64,000 nucleotides of DNA from Planctomycetota bacterium (GTDB taxonomy: Bacteria > Planctomycetota > B15-G4 > SIAN01). The notes under the pieces were generated by a model. That model was not told the origin of the DNA. It made no database searches and worked only from the letters and a program-made list of their open reading frames with translations. Position 1 is the stretch's first letter. Each line of letters begins with the position of its first letter. This document shows positions 30,867-40,736 of this stretch, piece after piece. A program made the position numbers and the translations under genes. The stretch covers positions 32,001 to 96,000 of the forward strand of contig JANNXA010000024.1 of NCBI GenBank assembly GCA_031409275.1, written 5' to 3'.

Positions 30867-31738
30867 GGTGGCTCTCCCGGCTCCTGGTGGGCGGCTACCT
30901 GCTGCTGGCGACGCTGCCGCTGGTGTGGATGGCGGTGACGTCGTTCAAGGCGAAGCCCGACGCGATCAGCCTCCATCCGCGCTTCGTGCCGATTTTTACG
31001 GCGCCGGCCGAAGGCGCCGACGACGCGGAGCGCTCGACCTTCGTGGCCACGCGCGAGGCGTACGCCAAGCTCGGCGAAGTGCAGACCGGTGCGCGCGCGA
31101 GCTACTTCGAGCACCTCGGCAACAGCGCGCTGATCGGGCTGCTCTCCACGCTGCTCTCGGTGGCGCTCGGGACGCTGGCGGCCTACGGCTTCAGCCGCTT
31201 CGAGATCGCCGGCAGCAAGGACTGGCTCTTCTTCATCCTGTCGACACGCTTCCTGCCGGCGCTGGCCGTCGTCGTGCCGGTGCTGATCATGTACCGCGAG
31301 CTCGGACTGCTCGGCACCCACCTCGGCCTGGTGCTGCTCTACACGGCGTTCAACCTGTCGTTGGCGGTGTGGCTGATGAAGGGATTCATCGACGAGATCC
31401 CGCGCGCGTTCGAGGAGGCGGCGCTGGTCGACGGCTACTCGCGGCTGCAGGCGTTCTTCCGCGTGATCCTGCCGCAGGCGCGCACCGGGATGGCGGTGAC
31501 CGCGGTCTTCTGCCTGATCTCGGCGTGGAACGAGTACGGCTTCGCGATGACGCTGAACAGCTCGGGCGCGCTGACCGTGCCGGCCTACTTCGCCGGGCTG
31601 CAGGGCAACCTCGAGGGGATGCCGTGGCCGCAGGTCGCGGCCGGCGCGCTGATCTTCGTGGCGCCGATCGTCCTCTTCACCGTGCTGGTGCGCCGCCACC
31701 TGCTGCGCGGCATGACCTTCGGGACGATCAAGCAGTGA
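30863..31738 (+). CDS. Carbohydrate ABC transporter permease
   Basis: AAYGFSRF, EEAALVDG, AWNEY, LLRGMTFG; ATGA overlap with the previous gene. Confidence 0.92.
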   Translation: MRWLSRLLVGGYLLLATLPLVWMAVTSFKAKPDAISLHPRFVPIFTAPAEGADDAERSTFVATREAYAKLGEVQTGARASYFEHLGNSALIGLLSTLLSVALGTLAAYGFSRFEIAGSKDWLFFILSTRFLPALAVVVPVLIMYRELGLLGTHLGLVLLYTAFNLSLAVWLMKGFIDEIPRAFEEAALVDGYSRLQAFFRVILPQARTGMAVTAVFCLISAWNEYGFAMTLNSSGALTVPAYFAGLQGNLEGMPWPQVAAGALIFVAPIVLFTVLVRRHLLRGMTFGTIKQ

Positions 31739-31917
31739 TCTCTCGAGCGGCCCGCCGACTCTTCGACCGCGCCACGCTGGCCACGATGGTCGCCGGCCTC
31801 GCGCTGCTGCTGCAGCCGTGGTGGGATGGCGGCTTGCGCGTCGGCTTCTTCGTGACGCTGGCGGGCGTCGTGCTGCAGACCATCGCGGGCCATCTGCGCG
31901 ACGAGGGCGGCGCATGA
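31735..31917 (+). CDS. Small two-TM protein inside the ABC operon
   Basis: GTGA and ATGA overlaps at both ends; 60 aa ...MVAGLALLLQPWWDGGLRVGFFVTLAGVVLQTIAGHL... Confidence 0.7.
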   Translation: MISRAARRLFDRATLATMVAGLALLLQPWWDGGLRVGFFVTLAGVVLQTIAGHLRDEGGA

Positions 31918-32996
31918 GCGCCCACCTCGAGCTCGAGCGGCTCACGAAGACCTACCCCGACGGCACACGCGCCGTGAAGGGGATCGACTTCGCGGCGACG
32001 GCCGGCGAGTTCGTCGTGCTGCTCGGCCCGAGCGGCTGCGGCAAGACGACGACGCTGCGCATGACGGCGGGGCTCGAGCTGCCGACCGGCGGCACGATCC
32101 GGCTGGCCGGCGTCGACGTCTCGCAGCAGCGCCCATCGCGCCGCGACGTCGGCTTCGTCTTCCAGTTCTATGCGCTCTACCCCCATCTCACCGTCGCGCA
32201 GAACCTCGCCTTCCCGCTCGATTGCGTCGGCACGCCGCGCGCCACGCGCGACGCCGCCGTCGCCGACCTCGCGCGCCGCCTCGACCTCGAATCGCTGCTC
32301 TCCCGCAAGCCGCGCGAGCTGTCGGGCGGCGATCAGCAGCGGGTGGCGCTCGGCCGCGCGATGATCCGCCGCCCGCAGATCTGGCTGATGGACGAGCCGC
32401 TCGGCACGCTCGACGCCGACCGCCGCCTCGCGATGTGCGAGTTCCTGCGCGTGCAACAGCTCGACGCGAAGGTGACGACGCTCTACGTCACGCACGATCA
32501 GGAGGAGGCGATGCGGCTCGCCGACCGCATCGTCGTCATGCACGACGGCAAGATCGAGCAGGTCGGCGCGCCGATGGCGGTCTACGCCGAACCCGCCTCG
32601 CTCTTCGTCGCCCACTTCGTCGGCAGCCCGGGCATGAACTTCTTCGAGGGGCGGCTCGAACGCGATGCCGGAGGGTGGCGCTTCGTCACGGCGAATGGCG
32701 TCGAGCTGCCGCTGCCCGACGCGTTGACCCGCGCGTCGCTACGCGACGGCACGACGACGCTGGGCGTGCGACCCGAGTTCGTCCGCCTCGCCAAGGACGG
32801 CCCGTTGCGCGGCAGCGTGGTGCAGGACGAATACCTCGGCGCCAGCCGTTGCCTCCACCTCGACACGCCATGCGGGCCGCTCGTCGCGCGGGTCGCCGCC
32901 GATGCCGGCGCCGCGATCGGCGCCACCGTCGCGCTCGACTTCGCGCGCGAGCACGTGCGACTCTTCGATCCGGCCAGCGGAGCGCGACTGCGATGA
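31914..32996 (+). CDS. Sugar ABC transporter ATP-binding protein
   Basis: GPSGCGKT, VFQFYALYPH, LSGGDQQR, DEP, YVTHDQEEA. Confidence 0.93.
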   Translation: MSAHLELERLTKTYPDGTRAVKGIDFAATAGEFVVLLGPSGCGKTTTLRMTAGLELPTGGTIRLAGVDVSQQRPSRRDVGFVFQFYALYPHLTVAQNLAFPLDCVGTPRATRDAAVADLARRLDLESLLSRKPRELSGGDQQRVALGRAMIRRPQIWLMDEPLGTLDADRRLAMCEFLRVQQLDAKVTTLYVTHDQEEAMRLADRIVVMHDGKIEQVGAPMAVYAEPASLFVAHFVGSPGMNFFEGRLERDAGGWRFVTANGVELPLPDALTRASLRDGTTTLGVRPEFVRLAKDGPLRGSVVQDEYLGASRCLHLDTPCGPLVARVAADAGAAIGATVALDFAREHVRLFDPASGARLR

Positions 32997-34102
32997 GTCC
33001 CGCCGCGCAAGACGTCCCCGCGCTCCATCTCGACGGGGTCACCAAGCGCTTCGGTCGCGGCCAGCGCGCCGTCGTCGCATTGTCCGACGTCAGCTTCGAC
33101 GTCGGCGCCAACGAACGAGTGGTGGTGCTTGGCGCGACCGGCGCCGGCAAGACGACGCTGCTGCGCGTCATCGCCGGCCTCGAAACTCCCGACGGCGGCC
33201 GCCTCGCGCTCGCAGGCCGCGACGCCGCACCGCTCGAACCGGCGCAGCGCGACGTCGCGCTGGTCTTCCAGAACTTCTCGCTCTACCCGCACTTGAGCGT
33301 GCGCGACAACCTCGCCTTCCCGCTTCGCGCTCCGGGTCGCGCGCTGGCCACCAGCGAAGTGACGAAACGCGTCGACGAAGCGGCGGCGCTGCTGCGCATC
33401 ACGCGGCTGCTCGATCGGCCGGCGAAGAACCTCTCGGGCGGCGAGATGCAGCGCGTCGCCATCGGCCGCGCCATCGTCCGCCGACCGCGCCTCTTCCTGC
33501 TCGACGAGCCGCTGACCAACCTCGACGCGAAACTGCGCGAGTCGCTGCGCCTCGAGCTCGTGAAGCTCTTCCGCGAGCTCGCGGTGCCGGTGGTCTACGT
33601 GACGCACGATCAGGCCGAAGCGCTGTCGATGGCGGACCGCATCGTCGTGCTGGCGCATGGCCGCGTGCTGCAAAGCGGAACGCCGCGCGAGATCTACCTG
33701 GCGCCAGCGACGCCCGCGGTCGCGCGACAGCTCGGCCAGCCAACCATCAACCTGATCGACGTCGAACGGCGTGGCGCGGCGTGGTGCGCGCTCGACGGCA
33801 CGCCGCTGCTGCGCGCCGATGCGGAGGCGGCGCGCGGCGCGGGCGGGGCGACGCGCGCGCTGCTGGGCGTACGCCCCGAGCAAGGGCGCCTGCATGCCAG
33901 CGCCACGCCGGGCACTTTCGCGGGGCGAGTCGAGCTGGTCGAGGAGTGCGGGCCGCATCGCATCGTGGCCGTCCACGCGCTCGGCCAGACGCTGCGCTTC
34001 GCGGTCGCCAACGATCGATCGTTCGCGCCGGGCGCACCGCTGCAGATCGAGTTGCCGCCGGAGCAACTGCTGCTCTGGCCCGCCGATCCGTCCGCCCGCT
34101 GA
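32993..34102 (+). CDS. Sugar ABC transporter ATP-binding protein (second)
   Basis: GATGAGKT, LSGGEMQR, DEPLTNLDAKLR, YVTHDQ. Confidence 0.93.
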   Translation: MSPAAQDVPALHLDGVTKRFGRGQRAVVALSDVSFDVGANERVVVLGATGAGKTTLLRVIAGLETPDGGRLALAGRDAAPLEPAQRDVALVFQNFSLYPHLSVRDNLAFPLRAPGRALATSEVTKRVDEAAALLRITRLLDRPAKNLSGGEMQRVAIGRAIVRRPRLFLLDEPLTNLDAKLRESLRLELVKLFRELAVPVVYVTHDQAEALSMADRIVVLAHGRVLQSGTPREIYLAPATPAVARQLGQPTINLIDVERRGAAWCALDGTPLLRADAEAARGAGGATRALLGVRPEQGRLHASATPGTFAGRVELVEECGPHRIVAVHALGQTLRFAVANDRSFAPGAPLQIELPPEQLLLWPADPSAR

Positions 34103-34279
34103 CGAGCGCGCACCGAGGCCGCGGCGACTCGGGGGATCTCCCCACTCGCGCGCCGGAACCCGGGGCGACTACGATCCGTCGGAGCGCGACTCGCCGGCTC
34201 GGGAAATCCGGCGAGCCACCGTTCGCCCGGCGTGTGCCGGCGCGGACCGCTCGATCCAAGGAAGAAGAAGGAGAAGCGC

Positions 34280-35611
34280 ATGGACCGCCGACAGGGTCTT
34301 CGTTTGGCGCTCGGGCTGCTGGCCGCCTCCGGGCTGTTCGCATTCGCAGGAGAGGAGCCGGCGCGGCGCAACTACTTGGTGCAGCCCGCGTTCGTCCCGC
34401 CGGCCGACGCGCCGGAGTTCGCGCCCGATCGCGTGCTGGTGAAGTGGAAGATCGACATCGATCCGCTGCAGATCGACGCACGGCTCGGGCCACTCGGCGC
34501 GCGCTGGATCCATCGCGGCGTCGACGGTGCGTTCGACGTGCTGCAGGTCGCGCCCGGCCGCGTCCTCGAGTGGGTGCGCTACCTCTCGCAGCTCGACGAG
34601 ATCGAGTACGCCGAGCCCGACTACGTGGCGTGGAAGTCGGGTGCCGCGAACGACACCTACTACAACCCCTACCAGTGGAACTTCTTCAACTGGGGGCAGA
34701 CCTCGAACGGCGTGGTGTCGAACTACGGCGTGCAGGGTGACGCGGCGTGGAACACGACCAGCGGCACCGGCGTCATCGTCGCGGTGGTCGACACCGGCGT
34801 CGCCTACGAGAATTTCGGCGCCTTCGCGCAGGCGCCCGACCTCGCCGGGACGACCTTCGTCGCCGGCTGGGACTACGTGAACGGCGACGCCCACCCGAAC
34901 GATGACGAGGGGCACGGCACCCACGTCGCCGGCACCATCGCGCAGACCACCAACAACTCGAGTGGCTGCGCCGGCCTCGCTTACGGGGCCAGCATCATGC
35001 CGGTGAAGGTGCTCGACAGCGCCGGCTCCGGTTACCACAGCTGGATCGCCGACGGCATTCGCTACGCCGCCAACAACGGCGCCTTCGTCATCAACCTGAG
35101 CCTCGGCTCGCGCAGCGGCTCCTCCACGCTGCAGAGCGCGGTCGACTACGCCTGGAGCACCAAGGGCGTGGTCGTCTGCGCGGCGACCGGCAACGGCGGC
35201 AAGAACGGCATCGACTATCCGGCGAAGTACACCAACACCATCGCGGTCGGCGCCACCCGATTCGACGGCGCGCGCTGCAGCTATTCGAACTGGGGCACCG
35301 GCATCGACATCGTCGCGCCGGGCGGTGACACCGGCGTCGACCAGAACGGCGACGGCTACGGCGACGGCATCCTGCAGCAGACCTTCAGCGGGGGCGTCAC
35401 CAACTTCGGCTACTACTTCTTCTCCGGCACCTCGATGGCGACGCCGCACGTCGCCGCGACCGCCGCGCTGGTGAAGGCGAACAAGCCGGCGTACACCAAC
35501 AACCAGGTCCGCAGCGCCATCCAGACCAAGGCGAAGGATCTCGGCTCCTCCGGCTACGACACCAAGTTCGGCAACGGCCTCGTGAGCGCGAAGGATGCGC
35601 TGACCTACTGA
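34280..35611 (+). CDS. S8 subtilisin-like secreted serine protease
   Basis: Catalytic triad motifs VDTG, HGTHVAG, GTSMATPHV; signal peptide and propeptide. Confidence 0.95.
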   Translation: MDRRQGLRLALGLLAASGLFAFAGEEPARRNYLVQPAFVPPADAPEFAPDRVLVKWKIDIDPLQIDARLGPLGARWIHRGVDGAFDVLQVAPGRVLEWVRYLSQLDEIEYAEPDYVAWKSGAANDTYYNPYQWNFFNWGQTSNGVVSNYGVQGDAAWNTTSGTGVIVAVVDTGVAYENFGAFAQAPDLAGTTFVAGWDYVNGDAHPNDDEGHGTHVAGTIAQTTNNSSGCAGLAYGASIMPVKVLDSAGSGYHSWIADGIRYAANNGAFVINLSLGSRSGSSTLQSAVDYAWSTKGVVVCAATGNGGKNGIDYPAKYTNTIAVGATRFDGARCSYSNWGTGIDIVAPGGDTGVDQNGDGYGDGILQQTFSGGVTNFGYYFFSGTSMATPHVAATAALVKANKPAYTNNQVRSAIQTKAKDLGSSGYDTKFGNGLVSAKDALTY

Positions 35612-35792
35612 CCGCGATCGACGTCGCATCGTGACGCGCTCCGCCTCGCGGACGGCGGCGAGCGCAGGATGTCCGGGGCGTGCGCAGCGATGCGCACGCC
35701 CCGGTTCTTTCGGAGCCGAGGCGCCGCACAGGCCGCCGGCGCCATCGACTACCATCCCGCCTTCGATCGGTACTGAACGCACGGAGCGAACG

Positions 35793-36542
35793 ATGGCCAG
35801 CCACTCGCGCATCGAACTCTTCCATCGCCTGCTGGCGAGCGGCCTCCTGCCGACGCTGCCCGCCGAGCGCGCCGAGGAGACGCTGGCCGGTGCGAACGGG
35901 CTGCTGGCGGGCGGCGCCGTCGCCGTAGAGCTGCTCGCGCGTGGCGACCACGCCTACGAGACGTTTCGCACCGTGCTCCCGCAGCTTCGCCGCGACCATC
36001 CCGACGCGATCGTCGGCGTCGGCTCGATCGTCGACGCGCCGACCGCGGCGCTCTACCTCGCGAGCGGCGCCGACTTCGTGGTGGGCCCCGATTGCAACGA
36101 GGCGGTGGCGCGCGTCTGCAATCGACGCAAAGTCGCGTGGATCCCCGGCTGCGGCACCGTGACCGAGATCGGCCGCGCCGAGGAGCTCGGCGCCGAAGTG
36201 GTGAAGCTCTTCCCCGCCGCCGCATTCGACGGTCCCGAGTTCGTCCGCTCGCTGCGCGGACCGCAACCGTGGAGCCGCGTGATGGCGACCGGGAATGCGG
36301 TGCCGTTCGACGAAGCGGTGATCACGCGCTGGATCGAGGCGGGCGCATGCGCGCTCAGCATGGGCCCGTCGCTCGCCGAGCCGCGCCTGCTGGCGGCACG
36401 CGATGCGGATGGAATCGCCGCGCGCACCGTGTCGGTGCTGGCGTGGATCGCGGCGGCGCGCCAACGCGGCACCCGACGCGCCGTCACTTCTCCGAAGGCG
36501 GCGGCCGCAGCGCGGCGACCGCCGGCGCGCCGCTCGCGCTGA
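35793..36542 (+). CDS. eda: KHG/KDPG aldolase family protein
   Basis: VGVGSIVD, GADFVVGP, PGCGTVTEI, VVKLFPA. Confidence 0.8.
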   Translation: MASHSRIELFHRLLASGLLPTLPAERAEETLAGANGLLAGGAVAVELLARGDHAYETFRTVLPQLRRDHPDAIVGVGSIVDAPTAALYLASGADFVVGPDCNEAVARVCNRRKVAWIPGCGTVTEIGRAEELGAEVVKLFPAAAFDGPEFVRSLRGPQPWSRVMATGNAVPFDEAVITRWIEAGACALSMGPSLAEPRLLAARDADGIAARTVSVLAWIAAARQRGTRRAVTSPKAAAAARRPPARRSR

Positions 36543-37233
36543 TCTGGTCGAGCAGCATCAGCTTCTGCCAGATCTTGCGTGAGAGGCCGTTGGTGAGGTC
36601 CTCGATCTCGTTCACCGCAGCGAGCACGACCTCGTCCTGGAAGCTCGCGACGTCGTAGGCGGCGATCTTGCCGACCAGCGCCAGCAGGTCGCTGCAGTAG
36701 TGGAGGTAGCGGCCGAGCTCGAAGGAGTTGAGCACGGTCTGCGGTGACGATTCGGTCGCGGTGTAGTCGACCTGCAGCCGCTCCGGGTCCTTCGCCAGCT
36801 GGTGCATGTCGATCACGTGCGCCAGCACGCGCAGTTCCTGCAGCGCGTCCAGCACGCCGCGTCGCTTGCGCCGCGCTTCGAGCGTCATGGCGAACAGCAC
36901 CGCGACGCCCAGCAGCGCCAGCGCCGAAAGGGTCGATTCGATTCCCTGGACCAGGTCGAGCGCATCGAGCGTGCCGGGTGGCGGCCGTGCGTGGGTGACC
37001 GCGAACCAGAGCAGCCAACCCATCGCCGCCAGCAGCAGCGCGCTGACCAGTCGCAACCGCAGCCGCGGCTTGCGGATGGTCGCGCCACGCGCCGCGGCCG
37101 CCGCGGCGACGTCGGTGAGCTGCCTGGCGACGTGCAGCAGCCCCGAGTCGGGGAAGCGCTCGCCGATGCGCCGCACCAACGCGCGCAGCGTCTCGACGAT
37201 CTTCGCGGGATCGAGCACGATCGGATCGGGCAT
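36484..37233 (-). CDS. Hypothetical membrane protein
   Basis: RIGERFPDSGL, two TM helices, LRVLAHVIDMHQLAKDP, RYLHYCSDLL, EDLTNGLSRKIWQK. Confidence 0.8.
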   Translation of the reverse strand: MPDPIVLDPAKIVETLRALVRRIGERFPDSGLLHVARQLTDVAAAAAARGATIRKPRLRLRLVSALLLAAMGWLLWFAVTHARPPPGTLDALDLVQGIESTLSALALLGVAVLFAMTLEARRKRRGVLDALQELRVLAHVIDMHQLAKDPERLQVDYTATESSPQTVLNSFELGRYLHYCSDLLALVGKIAAYDVASFQDEVVLAAVNEIEDLTNGLSRKIWQKLMLLDQISASGAPAVAALRPPPSEK

Positions 37234-37257
37234 GGGCGGGAGATATACCCACGCGCC

Positions 37258-38874
37258 ATGTTCCGTGTCCTCATCGCCGATCCGATCGAAGCCGAGGGAG
37301 TCGCGCTGCTGCAGGCGGCGGGGCTCGAGGTCGTGCAGCGTCGCGGCCTGTCCGAGGCGGAACTGCTCCTCGAGCTGCCCGCCTTCGATGCGCTGCTGGT
37401 CCGCAGCAAGACCGTGGTGACGGCGCGCGCGCTGGAAGCGACGCGGCGACTTCGGATCGTGACGCGAGCCGGGATCGGCGTCGACAACGTCGACCTCGCC
37501 GCCGCCTCGCGTCGCGGCGTCATCGTGACCAACGTCCCCGATGCGAGCACCACGACCACCGCCGAACACGCCATCGCGCTGCTCCTGTCGCTGGCGCGCC
37601 GGATCCCCGCCGCCGATCGCCACCTGCGAGCCGGCGGCTTCGAGCGCGCGAAGTTCGTCGGCAGCGAGATCTGCGGCAAGACGCTCGGCGTGATCGGGCT
37701 CGGCCGCATCGGCAAGGTCGTCGCCGACCGCGCGCTCGGGCTGAAGATGCGCGTCGTCGCGCACGACCCGTTCCTGCCAGCGGGCGCCGCGGGCATGGCC
37801 GGCGTCACCTGCGTGCCGCTGCCGGAGCTGATGGCGCAGGTGCACGCGCTGACGGTCCACGTGCCGCTCACCGACGCGACCCGCGGAATGATCGGCGCCG
37901 CGCAGTTCGCGCAGGCGAAACGGGGTCTCCTGGTCGTGAACGCCGCGCGCGGCGGGATCGTCGATGAAGCGGCGCTGGTCGCGGCGCTTGAAAGCGGCCA
38001 GGTCGCCGGCGCCGCGCTCGACGTCTTCGTCGAGGAGCCGCCGCCGGCCGACTCGCCGCTGCGCCGTTTCGAGCAGCTGATCCTGACGCCGCACCTCGGC
38101 GCCTCGACGGCCGAAGCGCAGCTGCGCGTCGCGCTCGAAGCGGCGGCGCAGATCGTCGACTTCGCGCGCACCGGCGTCGCCCGCAGCGCCGTCAACTACG
38201 CGGCGCTGCCCGAGGATCTGCGCGAGGAGCTCGCGCCGTGCGTCGAGCTCGCGACCCGTCTGGGCCTGCTGGCGGGCGCGGCGTGCGACGGTCGGATGGC
38301 TCGCGTTGCGGTGACCTTCCGCGGCGAGCGTTTCGAGGCGGCAGGCGAGCGCGCCACTGCCCCGCTGCGCGCCGCGCTGCTGGCCGGCCTGCTGCAACGG
38401 ACGCTGGGCGAGGGAGTGAGCGCCGTGAACGCCGCGCTCTTCGCCCGCGATCGGCAGATCGAGATCCTCGAAGCGCGCGCGCCTCGCGATCGCGACTTCG
38501 TCCTGCGCATCGTGGTGGAGGTCGAATTCGCGACCCCCGCCGGTCCGCGCACGCTCTGCGTCGAAGGCACCTGCTTCGGGCGGCGACCGCGGTTGATCGC
38601 ATTCGACGGCGTACCGCTCGACGCGCCGCTCGAAGGGGTGCTGCTGGTGACGCGCCATCGCGACCGACCGGGCCAGGTCGGCCGCATCGGGACGCTGCTC
38701 GGACAGCACGGCGTGAACTTGACCAGCGTCGACGTCGGCACGCTCCCAAGCGGTGCGCAGGCGGTCGGCGTGCTGGGCATCGGCGGCGAGCTGCCGACGG
38801 CGGCGCTCTCCGAGCTGGCGCAGGTCGAAGGCATCGAGGAGACCTTCGCCGTGCGACTGCCGGCCGCGCCATGA
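37258..38874 (+). CDS. serA: D-3-phosphoglycerate dehydrogenase
   Basis: RAGIGVDNVD, GLGRIG, NAARGG, LDVF.EEP, PHLGAST.EAQ; C-terminal ACT domain (DRPG). Confidence 0.95.
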   Translation: MFRVLIADPIEAEGVALLQAAGLEVVQRRGLSEAELLLELPAFDALLVRSKTVVTARALEATRRLRIVTRAGIGVDNVDLAAASRRGVIVTNVPDASTTTTAEHAIALLLSLARRIPAADRHLRAGGFERAKFVGSEICGKTLGVIGLGRIGKVVADRALGLKMRVVAHDPFLPAGAAGMAGVTCVPLPELMAQVHALTVHVPLTDATRGMIGAAQFAQAKRGLLVVNAARGGIVDEAALVAALESGQVAGAALDVFVEEPPPADSPLRRFEQLILTPHLGASTAEAQLRVALEAAAQIVDFARTGVARSAVNYAALPEDLREELAPCVELATRLGLLAGAACDGRMARVAVTFRGERFEAAGERATAPLRAALLAGLLQRTLGEGVSAVNAALFARDRQIEILEARAPRDRDFVLRIVVEVEFATPAGPRTLCVEGTCFGRRPRLIAFDGVPLDAPLEGVLLVTRHRDRPGQVGRIGTLLGQHGVNLTSVDVGTLPSGAQAVGVLGIGGELPTAALSELAQVEGIEETFAVRLPAAP

Positions 38875-39539
38875 CGCTGGCACGCGTCCGGCCACGCTTC
38901 GCACGCGTGATCTTCGATGTCGACTCGACGCTGTGCGCGATCGAAGGGATCGACGAGCTGGCGCGCTGGCGCGGCATCGACGTCACCGCGCTCACCGAGC
39001 GCGCCATGCGCGGCGAGCTCGCGCTCGAGCAGGTCTACGCGAAGCGACTCGCGCTGGCGCGCCCCGACGCGGCGCTGCTCGCGCGACTCGGCCGCCTCTA
39101 CGTGCGACGGCTGCTGCCCGGCATGCGCGCGCTGATCGCAGGCCTGCAGCGCGCGCGCATCGAGGTCGTGCTGATCTCCGGCGGACTGCGACCGGCGCTG
39201 CTGCCGCTGCTCGATGTGCTGGAACTTCCTGGATCGCACCTCTTCGCCGTCGACGTGCGGCTCGACTCGCGCGGCCGCTATGCCGGATTCGACGAGCGCT
39301 CGCCGCTGGTGCGCGCCGACGGCAAGCGCGAAGTCGTCGCGCGCCTCGCGCCACCCCGCGGCGCACGAGTCGGGAAGGTCTTGCTGGTTGGCGACGGATC
39401 CACCGACCTCGCCGCGCGCCCGGCCGTCGACGCCTTCTGCGCCTTCACTGGCGTTGCCGTGCGGCCGAAGGTCGTCGCGAAAGCGGACCATGTCGCACAC
39501 GACGCCGCGGCCTTGCGTACACTGCTCCGCCTTGCGTGA
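38871..39539 (+). CDS. serB: HAD-IB phosphoserine phosphatase
   Basis: FDVDSTL..EGIDELA, T.RAM.GE, LISGG, GK, VGDGSTD. Confidence 0.88.
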   Translation: MTLARVRPRFARVIFDVDSTLCAIEGIDELARWRGIDVTALTERAMRGELALEQVYAKRLALARPDAALLARLGRLYVRRLLPGMRALIAGLQRARIEVVLISGGLRPALLPLLDVLELPGSHLFAVDVRLDSRGRYAGFDERSPLVRADGKREVVARLAPPRGARVGKVLLVGDGSTDLAARPAVDAFCAFTGVAVRPKVVAKADHVAHDAAALRTLLRLA

Positions 39540-39569
39540 ACGGTCGGTCGGCGAACGGTCCGAGATTGG

Positions 39570-40676
39570 ATGCGAACGATGAGCTTTCCTGGTGAATTCC
39601 CGCCTCGCATGTGGATCCCCGGGCCGACGTACGTGCGGCCCGAGATCCTCGCCGCATGCGCGCGCCCGACCGTCGGCCATCGCACGTCGATCATGAAGGA
39701 GCTCGTCCTCTCGATCGACCCGAAGCTGCGCCGCCTGTTCAACACCAGGCAGCATGCGCTCGTCATCTCCGCGTCGGGCAGCGCCGCGTGGGAAGGGGCG
39801 ATCCGCTGCGGTGTCGAGAAGCGCTGGGCCTGCATCACCAACGGCAGCTTCTCCGAAGGTTGGGCGCGCACCGGCGAGAGCTGCGGGCGCGACACCGTGA
39901 AGGTCACGTTCGAGTGGGGCGACGGGCTCGATCCCGATCGCATCCATGACGAGCTCAAGCGAGCGGGCCCGGTCGAAGCGGTCGGCTTCGTCAGCAATGA
40001 GACGTCGACCGGCGCGTTCAGCGACGTGCCGGCCGTCATCGCCGCGATCCGCCGCGCGCAGCCCGACGCGATGCTCTTCGTCGATGCGGTCAGCACGCTC
40101 GGCGGCGCCGCCTTCGAGTTCGACCGCTGGGACGTCGACCTCGCGCTCGCCTCGTCGCAGAAGTGCCTCGCGCTGCCGCCCGGCATCGCCGTCGTCGCGC
40201 TCTCCGACCGCTTCCTCGCCAAGGCGAAGACGGTGAAGGGGCGCGGCTACTACATGGACTTCGTCCACCTCGCCAGCGACTGGGACATCCACCAGACGCC
40301 GGCGACCCCGGCCGTGAACCTCTTCTACGCGCTCGACGATCAGCTCACCGCGATGGAGCGCGAGACCTACGACGCGCGCTTCGCCCGCCACCGCGCCATG
40401 GCCGAACGCGTCCATCGCTGGGCCGATGCCAAGGGTTTCCCGAGCTTCGTCGCCGAGAAGTTCCGCTCCCCCACCACCGCCAATCGCGCCGTGAACGGCT
40501 TCGACGTCGGCACCTTCATCGCGCGCATGATCGCGCGCGGCCACGAGCTCTCGAACGGCTACGGCAAGCTGAAGGGCCAGGCCTTCCGCATCGGCCACTT
40601 CGGCGACCACAGCATGGTCGAGCTCGACAACATGCTGGCGATCGCCGACGACGTGCTGAAGAGCATGGGTCGGTAG
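39570..40676 (+). CDS. Class V PLP aminotransferase (serine-pyruvate / alanine-glyoxylate type)
   Basis: IPGPT, GHR, NETSTG, VDAVS, SSQK(PLP)CLALPPG, QTPATP, FRIGH. Confidence 0.9.
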   Translation: MRTMSFPGEFPPRMWIPGPTYVRPEILAACARPTVGHRTSIMKELVLSIDPKLRRLFNTRQHALVISASGSAAWEGAIRCGVEKRWACITNGSFSEGWARTGESCGRDTVKVTFEWGDGLDPDRIHDELKRAGPVEAVGFVSNETSTGAFSDVPAVIAAIRRAQPDAMLFVDAVSTLGGAAFEFDRWDVDLALASSQKCLALPPGIAVVALSDRFLAKAKTVKGRGYYMDFVHLASDWDIHQTPATPAVNLFYALDDQLTAMERETYDARFARHRAMAERVHRWADAKGFPSFVAEKFRSPTTANRAVNGFDVGTFIARMIARGHELSNGYGKLKGQAFRIGHFGDHSMVELDNMLAIADDVLKSMGR

Positions 40677-40736
40677 CGGAAGGCGGCGGAGTTCGGAGCG
40701 CGGCCGTCGCGAGGTCGCGGCGAGGTCGCCGCGACG

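Noticed and set aside
36484..36542. 59-bp convergent overlap of eda and the membrane-protein gene
   Set aside because: Both tails are low-complexity; this is common stop-codon drift in GC-rich genomes.
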